DNA from: Candidatus Geohabitans tengchongensis
Lineage (GTDB): Bacteria > Sysuimicrobiota > Sysuimicrobiia > Sysuimicrobiales > Humicultoraceae
Assembly: GCA_031459625.1 (NCBI GenBank)
Contig: JAVKIH010000017.1
Coordinates: forward strand, 1 to 52,742
Length of the DNA: 52,742 nucleotides
Reading direction: 5' to 3'
Part shown: positions 18,852 through 27,858 of the stretch, in pieces
How the letters are laid out: the number at the start of each line of letters is the position of its first letter
How positions within the stretch are numbered: position 1 is the first letter of the stretch
Notes under the pieces: model-generated
What the model saw: the letters and a program-made list of their open reading frames with translations, nothing else
Database searches by the model: none
What the model was told of the DNA's origin: nothing
Translations under genes and position numbers: made by a program

Positions 18852-19581
18852 GTTGCCTCATAGCACATGTGAGGCAACTGCTCGCCACCTTGGGAGGTCC
18901 GACCGGCCCCATGACCCCCCTCTCCAGGCGCCAGCTGTCGCCCACTGCGGCGAGTCGACGCGTGGCGAGGACCTCCACAGCCTCTCGGTGGTGGACATTG
19001 CGACCGCGGGGTTCGAGCCCCGCGCCGTGGTCAACCGCAACCAACGCCATGTCTTTGAGGCGTTCACCATCATCCGCCATCGGCTCCCCTTCCCCCTGCC
19101 GGGCATCGATGCCGACCATGACAGCGCCTTCATCAACCCCACCCTCCTCGCCGACTGTCGCGCCCAGCGCCTCACGTTCCCACGCTCCCGGGAGTATGGC
19201 AAGAACGACCAGGCCCACGTGGAAGAGCGCCATGGAGCAGTGATCCGCCGCCTCATCGGCTACGACCGGTACGGGGGGAAGCCGGCTGCTGCCGCGCTCC
19301 AATGCCGTCCACGCTGTGCTGCGACTCTGGGTCAACTTCTTCCAGCCGATCATGCGGCTCGTCGCCAAGGAGCGTGTGGGGGCCAAGGTGATCAAGCGCT
19401 GCGATCAGGCCAGAATCCCCTACCAGCGCGTCCTGGAGGTCCCGGAGGTCTCGCCCTCCGCCGAGCAGGCCCTCCGAGCTCTCTACCAAAGTCACCCCCG
19501 TCTAGCTGCGGCGGGAGCTTGAGCGGCACCTGGCGAATCTGTGGCGCCACAGCCTTCACTCAGGAGGGTCCGTGAGGCAAC
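18852..19581 (+). mobile_element. Decayed IS with DDE (rve integrase-core) transposase remnant
   Basis: Split frames: VAHCGES...LPFPLPGIDADHDSAFIN...SREYGKNDQAHVEE...IGYDRY, then LRLWVNFFQP...KERVGAKVIK...PYQRVL. Left end GTTGCCTCA-N9-TGAGGCAAC (18852-18878); right end TGAGGCAAC (19573-19581). N-terminus is missing. Confidence 0.8.
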
Positions 19582-19611
19582 GGGCCCCGGAAACTCAGGT
19601 TTCTCCATGAG

Positions 19612-21810
19612 TCACGGGCGGTCGCCGGCCTCGCCCCGGGCCGCCACCTGCCGGGACAGGGCCGGAGCCCGGCCCTGCGCGACAGCCAGCGCGAGGACCA
19701 CTACGGCGGCACCGGCCTGCAGGAGCGCGCCCGCGACCATTCCCGCATCCGAGGTGGCCAGGAGGGCGACCCACCGATGGACCCCTCCAGCGGGGTGGAA
19801 GGCTGGGAGGGTGCCGGGGTACCACACGCTGGTGGCCGTCATCAGCGCCCACATGCCGACGAGACCCGTCAGCGTCACCGCCACGAGGGCGAGCGCTCCC
19901 GCCCCGCGCGTCCACGGGAGGGCCGCCGCCAGGAACGGGATGGCCAGGGCCACGTACCGTGGCTGCGTGCGCGTGAGCAGCACCGCACCCCACACGAGCG
20001 CCGCCGCAGGCACGAGGAGGGATGAGGCCGGGTGGCGCGTCCCGCGCACCGCCGCGCCGACGAGCAGCACGGTCACCAGGAGGAAGCCGAGGCGCCCCAG
20101 CAGGAAGGGGCTGGGGCCGAACACGGAGGGGCGCAGATCGGAGGCGCCCAGGCGCTCCCACCCGTGGAGCTCCCTCTCCAGGATAGCCCACAGCGGGAAG
20201 CCCCCCTGTGCGACGACGGCGTCCGGTCCCGGAGAGGAGAGGATGCCAAAGGCGAGCCCTTTGCCGAGCAGCGGCCGGTACAGCGCCGCCGGCTCCAGCC
20301 CAGCGGCCAGCAGGGGAGCGACGAGGACGAACAGGACGAGGGCGGCGGTGGCGGCACCGTCCAGCGCCCGGCGGAGCCCGAAACGGGCCAGCCCGAGCGC
20401 CAGGAGCGGCGCCAGCACGAGCACGGCCGTCTGCTTGGTCAGACAGGCCAGCCCCAGGCCCACCCAGAAGAGCACGGGCCGGTCGAGCGCGGCGCCGGAG
20501 GCGGCCAGCAGCAGCCAGAGGAGGAGGATCGTGTCCGTCTGCCCCCACACCGCGGCTCCGAAGAGCACGGCGGGGTTGAGGGCGTAGGCCAGCGCGGCCA
20601 GCCCGGCCGCGGCGAGGGCGCCGCGCAGCCACCACACCAGCGTGAAGATGAGGATCCCACCGACCGCCTCCGCGGCGACGGCGGCCACTTTGAGTGCCGC
20701 CACCACTCCCGCTGCCGGGACCATCCAGGCGACTCCCCGGAACAGGTAGAGCAGCACCGGGGGATACGGATAGGCCATCGACGCATACGGCCACCCGCCC
20801 TGTGCCATGCCGCTCGTGGCCAGCTGCGCACCCTGGAGCAGGTGGAGCACCCCGCCCTCCCGCGCCAGGTGAGTCCAGACCTCGACGAAACGCCGGTCCA
20901 ACGGGTGGGGCGGCAGCGGCGCCACCAGGACGCCGGCCGCCGCCGTAGCTGCCGCGACGAGCAGCGGCCAGAGCAGCGCGGTCCTGCCCCCGCCGGGAAC
21001 GCCATGTCTTCGCACCCATCGGGCCGCCGATCGGATGCCGACGTCGGTCCCCCTCCTACCCGGGAGCCTCCACCAGCTGAACAGAGACCAGAGGACCACC
21101 AGGGCAACGAGCCCCGTCCCCAGCCGGACCGCCGGGATCGTCTGCCCCGAGGCGCGGCGGTCGCCTGGCAGGAGGGTTACGCGCAGCTCCGTCACCCGTG
21201 CCCTGGCCCGCCCGTCGGGCGCGGTGGCGAGGAGCGTGAGCGCTCGAGGGTCGAGCGAGAAGAGCGGCGGCACCTCGTCCCGCTCCACTGCCAGGGCCCG
21301 CCGCCGGCCGTCCGCGCTCACCGCGATCTCAGCCCGGCCCGGCTCCCACCGCACCGTCCAGGGGTGGCGGTCCGGCGCGCGCGGCCCTCCTGCGTAGGGA
21401 CCGAGCACGGCCTGGGTGAGCCAGCGCTCACCCAGGCGCGCCCCCGCGTGGACCTGGCCGTCGGGTCCGTACCACGCCTCCAGCGCCGCGTCGGCGCGCG
21501 GGTTCCAGAGGCGCACCTGCAGCGGGTAGGCCAGCCCCGTCCGCTCCAGGACTCGGGCGACCAGCGTCGCCGAGAACGGTGCGTCCGCGGTGACGAGGTG
21601 CACCATGGGCTGCGCCCGCGGCCCGGCGGCCAGCTCCAGGGCCTCCGGCTGCAAGGTAATGCGGCCGGGTCGCGGGAGGAGGCCGCGAGGGACGGCCGTC
21701 AGCACCATGGGGTCGAAGCCGCTCAGCACCGGACCCGGCGGTACCACCGGCCACGGCAGCACCACCAGCGCGCCGATCACGAGGAGCAGGATGGTCCTGG
21801 GGGCGGTCAC
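19612..21810 (-). CDS. Polytopic GT-C-like glycosyltransferase with N-terminal extracytoplasmic domain (start uncertain)
   Basis: Signal-like N-terminus, roughly 200-aa soluble domain, then many TM helices with YPYPPVLLY, YALNPAVLFGAAVWGQTD, LTKQTA and QPRY motifs typical of GT-C/GT87-like proteins. Confidence 0.7.
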   Translation of the reverse strand: MTAPRTILLLVIGALVVLPWPVVPPGPVLSGFDPMVLTAVPRGLLPRPGRITLQPEALELAAGPRAQPMVHLVTADAPFSATLVARVLERTGLAYPLQVRLWNPRADAALEAWYGPDGQVHAGARLGERWLTQAVLGPYAGGPRAPDRHPWTVRWEPGRAEIAVSADGRRRALAVERDEVPPLFSLDPRALTLLATAPDGRARARVTELRVTLLPGDRRASGQTIPAVRLGTGLVALVVLWSLFSWWRLPGRRGTDVGIRSAARWVRRHGVPGGGRTALLWPLLVAAATAAAGVLVAPLPPHPLDRRFVEVWTHLAREGGVLHLLQGAQLATSGMAQGGWPYASMAYPYPPVLLYLFRGVAWMVPAAGVVAALKVAAVAAEAVGGILIFTLVWWLRGALAAAGLAALAYALNPAVLFGAAVWGQTDTILLLWLLLAASGAALDRPVLFWVGLGLACLTKQTAVLVLAPLLALGLARFGLRRALDGAATAALVLFVLVAPLLAAGLEPAALYRPLLGKGLAFGILSSPGPDAVVAQGGFPLWAILERELHGWERLGASDLRPSVFGPSPFLLGRLGFLLVTVLLVGAAVRGTRHPASSLLVPAAALVWGAVLLTRTQPRYVALAIPFLAAALPWTRGAGALALVAVTLTGLVGMWALMTATSVWYPGTLPAFHPAGGVHRWVALLATSDAGMVAGALLQAGAAVVVLALAVAQGRAPALSRQVAARGEAGDRP

Positions 21811-21829
21811 GGCGGGCCGGCAGAGGCGG

Positions 21830-24800
21830 TCACGGCGGACCGGCAGGTACGGAGGCACGGGCCTGAACGGGTGCACGAGCCCACAACCACAGCGACTGGA
21901 GACGGCGCATCCCTGGCCGCGGCGACCCGTACCGACAGGTCACCTCGTCCAGGCCGGCTGCGCGTGCCAGCGCCGCGAGCTCCCGGCGCGTGAAGAGGAC
22001 GCCAAACCAGTTCCCATCCCCGATGACGGACTTCAGCGCGCGCCACAGCCGGCGCTCCCCCAGCCCGTTCACCTGGAACCGCACCAGCCCGCCGGGCCGC
22101 AGGACGCGCACGGCCTCGCGCAGGTAACCGGCGACCACGGCGCGGTCGGGGACGTGCTGGAAGACCAGGTGGGAGAAGACCAGGTCCACTGAACGATCCG
22201 GGATGCCGACCAGCGTCCGACCGTCGTTGGCCATGACCCGCACGTTCGGCAGGTCACGCAGGCGCTCGGCCGCCAGCGTGACCATCACCTCGGAGACGTC
22301 CACCCCCCACACCTCCCGGGCACGGGCGGCCAGGGGACGCAGCAGCCGGCCCGTCCCGCACCCGATCTCCAGGAGGCGCCAGGTGCGCAGGCGGTCCGCG
22401 TCGATCTCCTCGAGGAGGTCCGCGAGGTCGGCGTCGGCGGTGCGCGCTGCCTCCTCCGGACCGGTCGCCCAGGCGGTGAACCAGTCTGCTGCCTCCTGGG
22501 CCCGGGCATCCCAAGCCTGACGGGCCGACAGATGGTGCCGACGCCAGATCTCTCGAAGCGTGGTGACCGGCCCACGCAGCCGACGGGCGAGATACGACGC
22601 CCACCGCCGTGGCCGGACCACCACCCAGAGGAGCAGCAGGCCGGAGGCGAGCAGGTAGGCAGGCCCCGCCCCGACGCGCGCGGCGCGAGCCCACGAGGGG
22701 AAGGCCAGGCAGATGCGGTGCCGCCCCGCCGGACCGCGCAGGGTGAGCAACCCCAGGGCATCCTCCCCCACGCGCACGGCCGGGTCCGCCGCCCGCCAGC
22801 GCGGAACGGCCGCCACGCTCACCGTGACCGTCGCGCGGGCGGATGGGAGCGTCACCTGGAAGCACTCGGCGTGCTCGCGGCGGAAGGGGACCGCCTGAAT
22901 GGCCTCGGTCTCGCGCTCGAAGCGCAGGGAGGAGAAGTAGGCCTGGTGGAGACCGCTCCCGGCGACGCCCAGGATCAGCCGGTCCACCCGGCTGCAGTCC
23001 AGAGCGTACCGGAACCGACCAGGACGCACAGGCAGCGGATCGTCGGGGTGCACCAGGAGCCAGGTCCCCTCGCGCCGCACCCGCACCGCCAGGCCGGCCG
23101 CCGTCGGCGACCACGCCGTGAAGGCGACGTGGGTGCACGCCCGGGCCGGAGGGCGCACCTCGACGAACGTCCACCCGTGAACCGTGGAGCCGGCCAGCGT
23201 CAGCGCAGCGACATCGTCCTCACGTCGGACCTCCACCTCCCGGGCCCCGCCTCCCGGACGCCAGACAGCGCTCCACAACGGCGCCTGCGCCAGGGTGCGG
23301 ACCATGCGCCGGGGAGTCCCTGTCCACGCCGCCACAGGCGGGTGGACCGCCCGGTAGAGGCGCCAGCTGCGGAAGGGCCCCCGTCCCGTCTCCAGGACGA
23401 GCTCGAAGCGGTCCCGCGGCACGGCCGGGTCGTAGACCCGGTCCTGGGTCACCACCCAGCGGATGCCGTAGACCCGCGCATGCCGGAGGAAGAAGCGGGT
23501 CAGGCGCAGCGTGGGATCGGCGAATTTCTCATACGCCAGGGCCTCCACGCCGGAACGCCGCAGGACGGCCAGCTGCCGCGCGTCGTTGTAGGCGCCGTCG
23601 ATCAACGGCCGCCCGGCCACGTCGGGCAGGGTGAAGACGACGGGTGGCGTCCCGAGCGGCAGCACCCTGCCCCAGCCGCGTTCCTGCTGCAGCCGAGCCA
23701 CCAGCGCCGCCGGGATCAGGCGTGCGCTCGTCCCGTCCAGGTGCACATTCGCGCCGCGAGCACGCGGGGCCGCACCACCGCTCCCTGCCCCCTCTTCCAT
23801 GGCACCGGCCACCAGGCGGCGGTAGAGCGCCTGCGTGTGCCCGAAGGAACACCCGAGGAGGAGGACTCCCGCCACCACGGCCGCACCGACGAGCCGCGGG
23901 AACGTCGGAGCGACCGGCCCCAGCGCGTGGGCCAGGGCGACGTAGCCCATGGGGACCGTGAGGAGGAGGAAGCGGTCGTACACGAGCACCTGGGCCCAGG
24001 GCAGGAGGCGCCCGATACCGCCGGCCGGGCCCAGTGAGACCCACAGCCCCACGAGCGTGGCCAGGGCGAAGGCCCACGCAGGGGTCCGGAGCGTGGAGCG
24101 TCGCAGGGCCAGGCTCAGGAGGAGCAACCAGCCGGCCGCGAGGCCCAGCCACGGCGGAGGGACGACCTCCCGCAGCGCCACGAGGCCGGCCACCCCCGCC
24201 GCCGCTCCGACCGCCTTGCCCGCCCCCCCCATCCGGGCGAGGGCGACCGACGGCAGCGCCAGGACCATCGACAGTCCCGCCGGGGCGCCCACCCAGGTGA
24301 GCCATCCGGCGGGCCTCACCAGGTCCGGGCTGCGCGTGACGTGCGGCACCGGCGTCTTGGTGAACCGGGGCAGGTCGAGCAGGAGCGGAAGGGAGGGGAG
24401 GAGCGCCAGCAGGACGCCCACGACCATCGGCAAAGCCAGCCGGGCGAGGACCCGCCGCCAGGGGAGCAGGAGGGCCGGCGGGAGCAACGCGATCGGCACC
24501 GCCAGCAGGGGGAGCAGGTGGATGCTCCCCAGGAGGCCGACGCCGAGCGCCACCAGGACGGCGAGGCGGAGGTCGTGGTGCGGGCGGCGCAGCAGCGCGC
24601 CGCAGCCGGCGAGCGTGGCCCAGAAGACCACGAAGGCCAGGAGCGTGGGATACTGGCCGAACCACAAGGCCCGCCAGAGCGCCGGCGCCAGCAGGGTGGC
24701 AAAGGCCGCGGCAGCCGCCCGTGTGGCGTCCAGCCCACCGTAGTGACGACAGGCGGCGTAGAGGGCAGGACCAGTCGCCAGGACGACCGCCACCACGACC

Positions 24801-25096
24801 AGGCGGAGCCCCTCCTCCCCCTGTGCACGCACCAGGGGCGCCGCCAGCGCGTGCGCCAGCGGGGGGTAGGCATAGGTGGGATGGCCAGCGTACCACCCGT
24901 CGTCCCACAGCGCCGTCGGGGCGCGCGCCGTGATCGTGGCCATGTGCAGGTGGCCCGGGAGGTCATACGTGGGCGGCAGACCGGGGCCCGCCATGAACCG
25001 GACCGCCTGTAGCCCGGCCCAGGTCAGGGCGGCGGCCAGCCACACCGTTGGCCACCGGGAGCTTCTGACGTCCGGTCCGATCAGGAACCGACCCAC
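21830..25096 (-). CDS. PTPS-related/GT-C-like membrane protein fused to a C-terminal class I SAM methyltransferase
   Basis: N-terminal YDLPGH...WDDGWYAGHPTYAYPPL and many TM helices; long soluble middle; final TM; then LLEIGCGTGR, GVDVSE, SHLVFQHVP and RVLRPGG. One open frame of 1088 aa. Confidence 0.72.
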   Translation of the reverse strand: MGRFLIGPDVRSSRWPTVWLAAALTWAGLQAVRFMAGPGLPPTYDLPGHLHMATITARAPTALWDDGWYAGHPTYAYPPLAHALAAPLVRAQGEEGLRLVVVAVVLATGPALYAACRHYGGLDATRAAAAAFATLLAPALWRALWFGQYPTLLAFVVFWATLAGCGALLRRPHHDLRLAVLVALGVGLLGSIHLLPLLAVPIALLPPALLLPWRRVLARLALPMVVGVLLALLPSLPLLLDLPRFTKTPVPHVTRSPDLVRPAGWLTWVGAPAGLSMVLALPSVALARMGGAGKAVGAAAGVAGLVALREVVPPPWLGLAAGWLLLLSLALRRSTLRTPAWAFALATLVGLWVSLGPAGGIGRLLPWAQVLVYDRFLLLTVPMGYVALAHALGPVAPTFPRLVGAAVVAGVLLLGCSFGHTQALYRRLVAGAMEEGAGSGGAAPRARGANVHLDGTSARLIPAALVARLQQERGWGRVLPLGTPPVVFTLPDVAGRPLIDGAYNDARQLAVLRRSGVEALAYEKFADPTLRLTRFFLRHARVYGIRWVVTQDRVYDPAVPRDRFELVLETGRGPFRSWRLYRAVHPPVAAWTGTPRRMVRTLAQAPLWSAVWRPGGGAREVEVRREDDVAALTLAGSTVHGWTFVEVRPPARACTHVAFTAWSPTAAGLAVRVRREGTWLLVHPDDPLPVRPGRFRYALDCSRVDRLILGVAGSGLHQAYFSSLRFERETEAIQAVPFRREHAECFQVTLPSARATVTVSVAAVPRWRAADPAVRVGEDALGLLTLRGPAGRHRICLAFPSWARAARVGAGPAYLLASGLLLLWVVVRPRRWASYLARRLRGPVTTLREIWRRHHLSARQAWDARAQEAADWFTAWATGPEEAARTADADLADLLEEIDADRLRTWRLLEIGCGTGRLLRPLAARAREVWGVDVSEVMVTLAAERLRDLPNVRVMANDGRTLVGIPDRSVDLVFSHLVFQHVPDRAVVAGYLREAVRVLRPGGLVRFQVNGLGERRLWRALKSVIGDGNWFGVLFTRRELAALARAAGLDEVTCRYGSPRPGMRRLQSLWLWARAPVQARASVPAGPP

Positions 25097-26289
25097 GACG
25101 AGGGGAGTGGCCGGTTGAGCACGACCGGGGCACCGACGACCCTCTCATAGAGGGCGATGGTGCGGCGGGCCGCTTCCCGCCAGCCACGCGCGGCGGCGAT
25201 ATCCCTCAGCTGGTGGCTGGCATCCATGCGGGCCTGTTCGTCGCTCATCAGGAGACGGAGCATCGCTGCCCACGCCTCGACATCCTCTGAACAGATCCAC
25301 GGCCACTGGGGCAGGACCGGCTGGAGCGCCCTGGAGAGGATGAACGGGCGACGCCAGCCAATCGCCTGGGCCAGCGGCCCGCTGGCAGAAAAGAGGATGC
25401 GATAGGGAAAGAGCATGAGGTCTGCACGACGCAAGCGGCGTGGGAGCTGTGCGGTCGGGACGTAGCCCGTGAACTCGACGCGCCCGTCGAGTCCCTCGCC
25501 CAGGCGCCGGAGGTCGTCGACGTAGCGGACGTGTGACGCGGCGGCCGAGGCCGGCAAGCCTCCGGCGATGACCAGGCGCCATTCAGGGAACTCGTCTGCC
25601 ACTTGGCGGAAGGCCCGCAGGGCGAGGTCGAACCCCTTGTACCATTTGAGGTAGCCGAACAGGAGCACGACCCGTCCCCCGTCCCCTGTCTCGCGCGGAC
25701 TCTCCTCGCACTCCGGGAGCGGCACCCCGTGGGGGACCACCTCGACGAGCGGATGGCCGAGGCGGTAGTGCGTCGTGAGACGCTCGCGAAAGACGTCCTC
25801 GTGCACGATGAGAGCGTGGGCCGCGCGAGCCAGCAGACCGGTGGAAAGTCGGAAGATCGCCCGGGCCAGCCGCGGGCCGACCCGAATGCCGCTCTGCCGG
25901 AGGAGCCTGGTCGTCAGGTCCGCAGGAGCGGCCACGTGGTGCACCGTGACGACCACCTTGCCCCCGACGAGACGAACCCACAGCAGGAACACCCAGAGGG
26001 AGAGGAACCCCAGCGGCCCGCCGTAAATGAAAGATTCAAACTGGACATGCACCAGCCGGGGCAGGTTCCTGCGCGCTCGACTCCAGAGGTCGATCCCTAC
26101 CAGTGCTCCGGGCCGCCACACGCGGCAGACGTTCAGGTCACCATCGCTCTCCTCCGTGGCGATGGCTCCGTGGGAGCGGTCCGCCCACACCGCCACCTCC
26201 ATCCCGCTCTCCTGCAGGGCCATCGCCAAGGACCGCGTGTAGTCGGCGACGCCGTGCTCCGGCGATGCTCCAGGGTAGAGGCCGATCAT
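25081..26289 (-). CDS. GT4 family glycosyltransferase
   Basis: ATG at 26289 after GGAGGAGG; GVADYT, VHVQFE, VVPHGV, LFGYLKWYKG, LVIAG and FPY..SASGPL motifs. Confidence 0.88.
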   Translation of the reverse strand: MIGLYPGASPEHGVADYTRSLAMALQESGMEVAVWADRSHGAIATEESDGDLNVCRVWRPGALVGIDLWSRARRNLPRLVHVQFESFIYGGPLGFLSLWVFLLWVRLVGGKVVVTVHHVAAPADLTTRLLRQSGIRVGPRLARAIFRLSTGLLARAAHALIVHEDVFRERLTTHYRLGHPLVEVVPHGVPLPECEESPRETGDGGRVVLLFGYLKWYKGFDLALRAFRQVADEFPEWRLVIAGGLPASAAASHVRYVDDLRRLGEGLDGRVEFTGYVPTAQLPRRLRRADLMLFPYRILFSASGPLAQAIGWRRPFILSRALQPVLPQWPWICSEDVEAWAAMLRLLMSDEQARMDASHQLRDIAAARGWREAARRTIALYERVVGAPVVLNRPLPSSWVGS

Positions 26290-26478
26290 CGCCAGACCTC
26301 CTCCCGTGGTGCCACCGTCTCGCCGGGGGACGTCAGGGGGCTCTCGGGTGTCCCGTGCGCCGGGCCGCATAGGAATCAGGCCCATCCCCCCCGAAGGGCT
26401 CAGCACCGACGACAGCCGGCGCAGGGGTGCAGGGGCCAAAGGGCGTTTACCGCGCTGACGTGGGGGTGAAAGGTACCA

Positions 26479-27825
26479 GTGATGCTACACCACCGGAGGA
26501 GCCCGGCACCAGCCCCGGCGGGTCTGGCCGCCCTCGCCCTCCTGTGGGTGAGCCTCACTCCCGCTCTGGCCGCACCGGCCCCTGCCCCCCCTCCCCCGGC
26601 CGGTGCCGTTCGGATCGAAGCGGCGGGGCACGACAGCCCCGGCGGTGCCGTGTTAAAAGTCAGCGACCGCCTGACGGTTTCAGCCCGGGGGACCCGCGGG
26701 GCAGCCGCCACGTTCCAGATCGTCGGGATCCCGCAGGTGGTGGCGATGCGGGAGGCCTCGACGGGAGCCTACCAGGCGCAACCGAGCCTCTACACCGGCA
26801 CCTACGTCGTCCGGCCGCAGGACGCCGCGCGCAACGCGGCCGTCCTGGTGACGCTGGAAGTGGGCGCGCGGCGGGTCACGGCCGTTGCCGATCCGCCGGT
26901 GACGGTCGACGGGAGAGCCCCGCGCGTCGTGGCCCTCTACCCCGCCGCCGAGCACCCCGTGGCGAACCTGCGCCCCAATGTGGTGGCGGAAATTTTCGAC
27001 GAGGAGTCCTCCGTCGACCCGCGTTCGGTCCGGCTCCTGATCGACGGACGGAACGTCACCGCGCAGACATCCATCGCCGAGACGGCCGTCTCCTACAATC
27101 CGCCTCGGCCCTTCGCCCCCGGACGGGTCCAGGTGCGGCTCACCATGGCCGACCGCGCCGGCAACGTACGGCGCGTCGCCTGGGATTTCCAGGTCGTCGA
27201 ACCGCCGGGCCTGGTGAGGACCGTGACGCTGAACCCTCCGACGCCCCTGGCCGGCGACGACGTGCTCACGGTCGTGGCGACCGGCGCGCCAGGGGGGAGC
27301 GCCCGATTCCGCCTGGCCGGGCTGGGCCGGACGGTCCCCATGCGGGAGTCGCGCACGACTCCGGGCGCGTACTTCGGCGCCTACAGTCCCGATCCCGGGA
27401 CGAATCTGCTGCGGGCCTCCCTGACGGTGGAGGTCACCCGGGGCGGACGGACCGACCGGCTCCAGGCCTCGACGCCGGTCACGATCCTCACGCGCAGACC
27501 CGCTCCACCCGTCGTCGAAGCACCCGGCCGGGCGCTGGTCCTGGGCCCTGGCGGTGGCGGGGGACCGCAGGTCGTCCTGCGGGGTCGGACCCGCCCGGGG
27601 TTCCGGGTGGTAGGCCGGATCGCCTACGAGGACGCCGAAGACGCCGTGGAAGCCCGAGGGACCCTGGCGGAGTTCCTCGCCGTCGCAGGAACCGATGGGG
27701 GTTGGGCCGTCGCGCTCCCCCTCGCTGCCCCGTCCGGCGCCCGGCTGGCGGCCACCCTCGTCGTGGTCGACCCGGTCGGACAGCGCTCCCCCCCGCTGGT
27801 GATCCCCCTGGGACGCCTGCCCTGA
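26479..27825 (+). CDS. Secreted beta-rich (Ig-like) protein with internal repeat
   Basis: Signal peptide (LAALALLWVSLTPALA), Pro linker, two related modules containing V(A/P)MRE and YxGxY, and a central VRLLIDG...ADRAGN Ig-like segment. Confidence 0.65.
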   Translation: MMLHHRRSPAPAPAGLAALALLWVSLTPALAAPAPAPPPPAGAVRIEAAGHDSPGGAVLKVSDRLTVSARGTRGAAATFQIVGIPQVVAMREASTGAYQAQPSLYTGTYVVRPQDAARNAAVLVTLEVGARRVTAVADPPVTVDGRAPRVVALYPAAEHPVANLRPNVVAEIFDEESSVDPRSVRLLIDGRNVTAQTSIAETAVSYNPPRPFAPGRVQVRLTMADRAGNVRRVAWDFQVVEPPGLVRTVTLNPPTPLAGDDVLTVVATGAPGGSARFRLAGLGRTVPMRESRTTPGAYFGAYSPDPGTNLLRASLTVEVTRGGRTDRLQASTPVTILTRRPAPPVVEAPGRALVLGPGGGGGPQVVLRGRTRPGFRVVGRIAYEDAEDAVEARGTLAEFLAVAGTDGGWAVALPLAAPSGARLAATLVVVDPVGQRSPPLVIPLGRLP

Positions 27826-27858
27826 CGCGCGCCTCGCTTCGGGCAGGTGCCGGATCGG

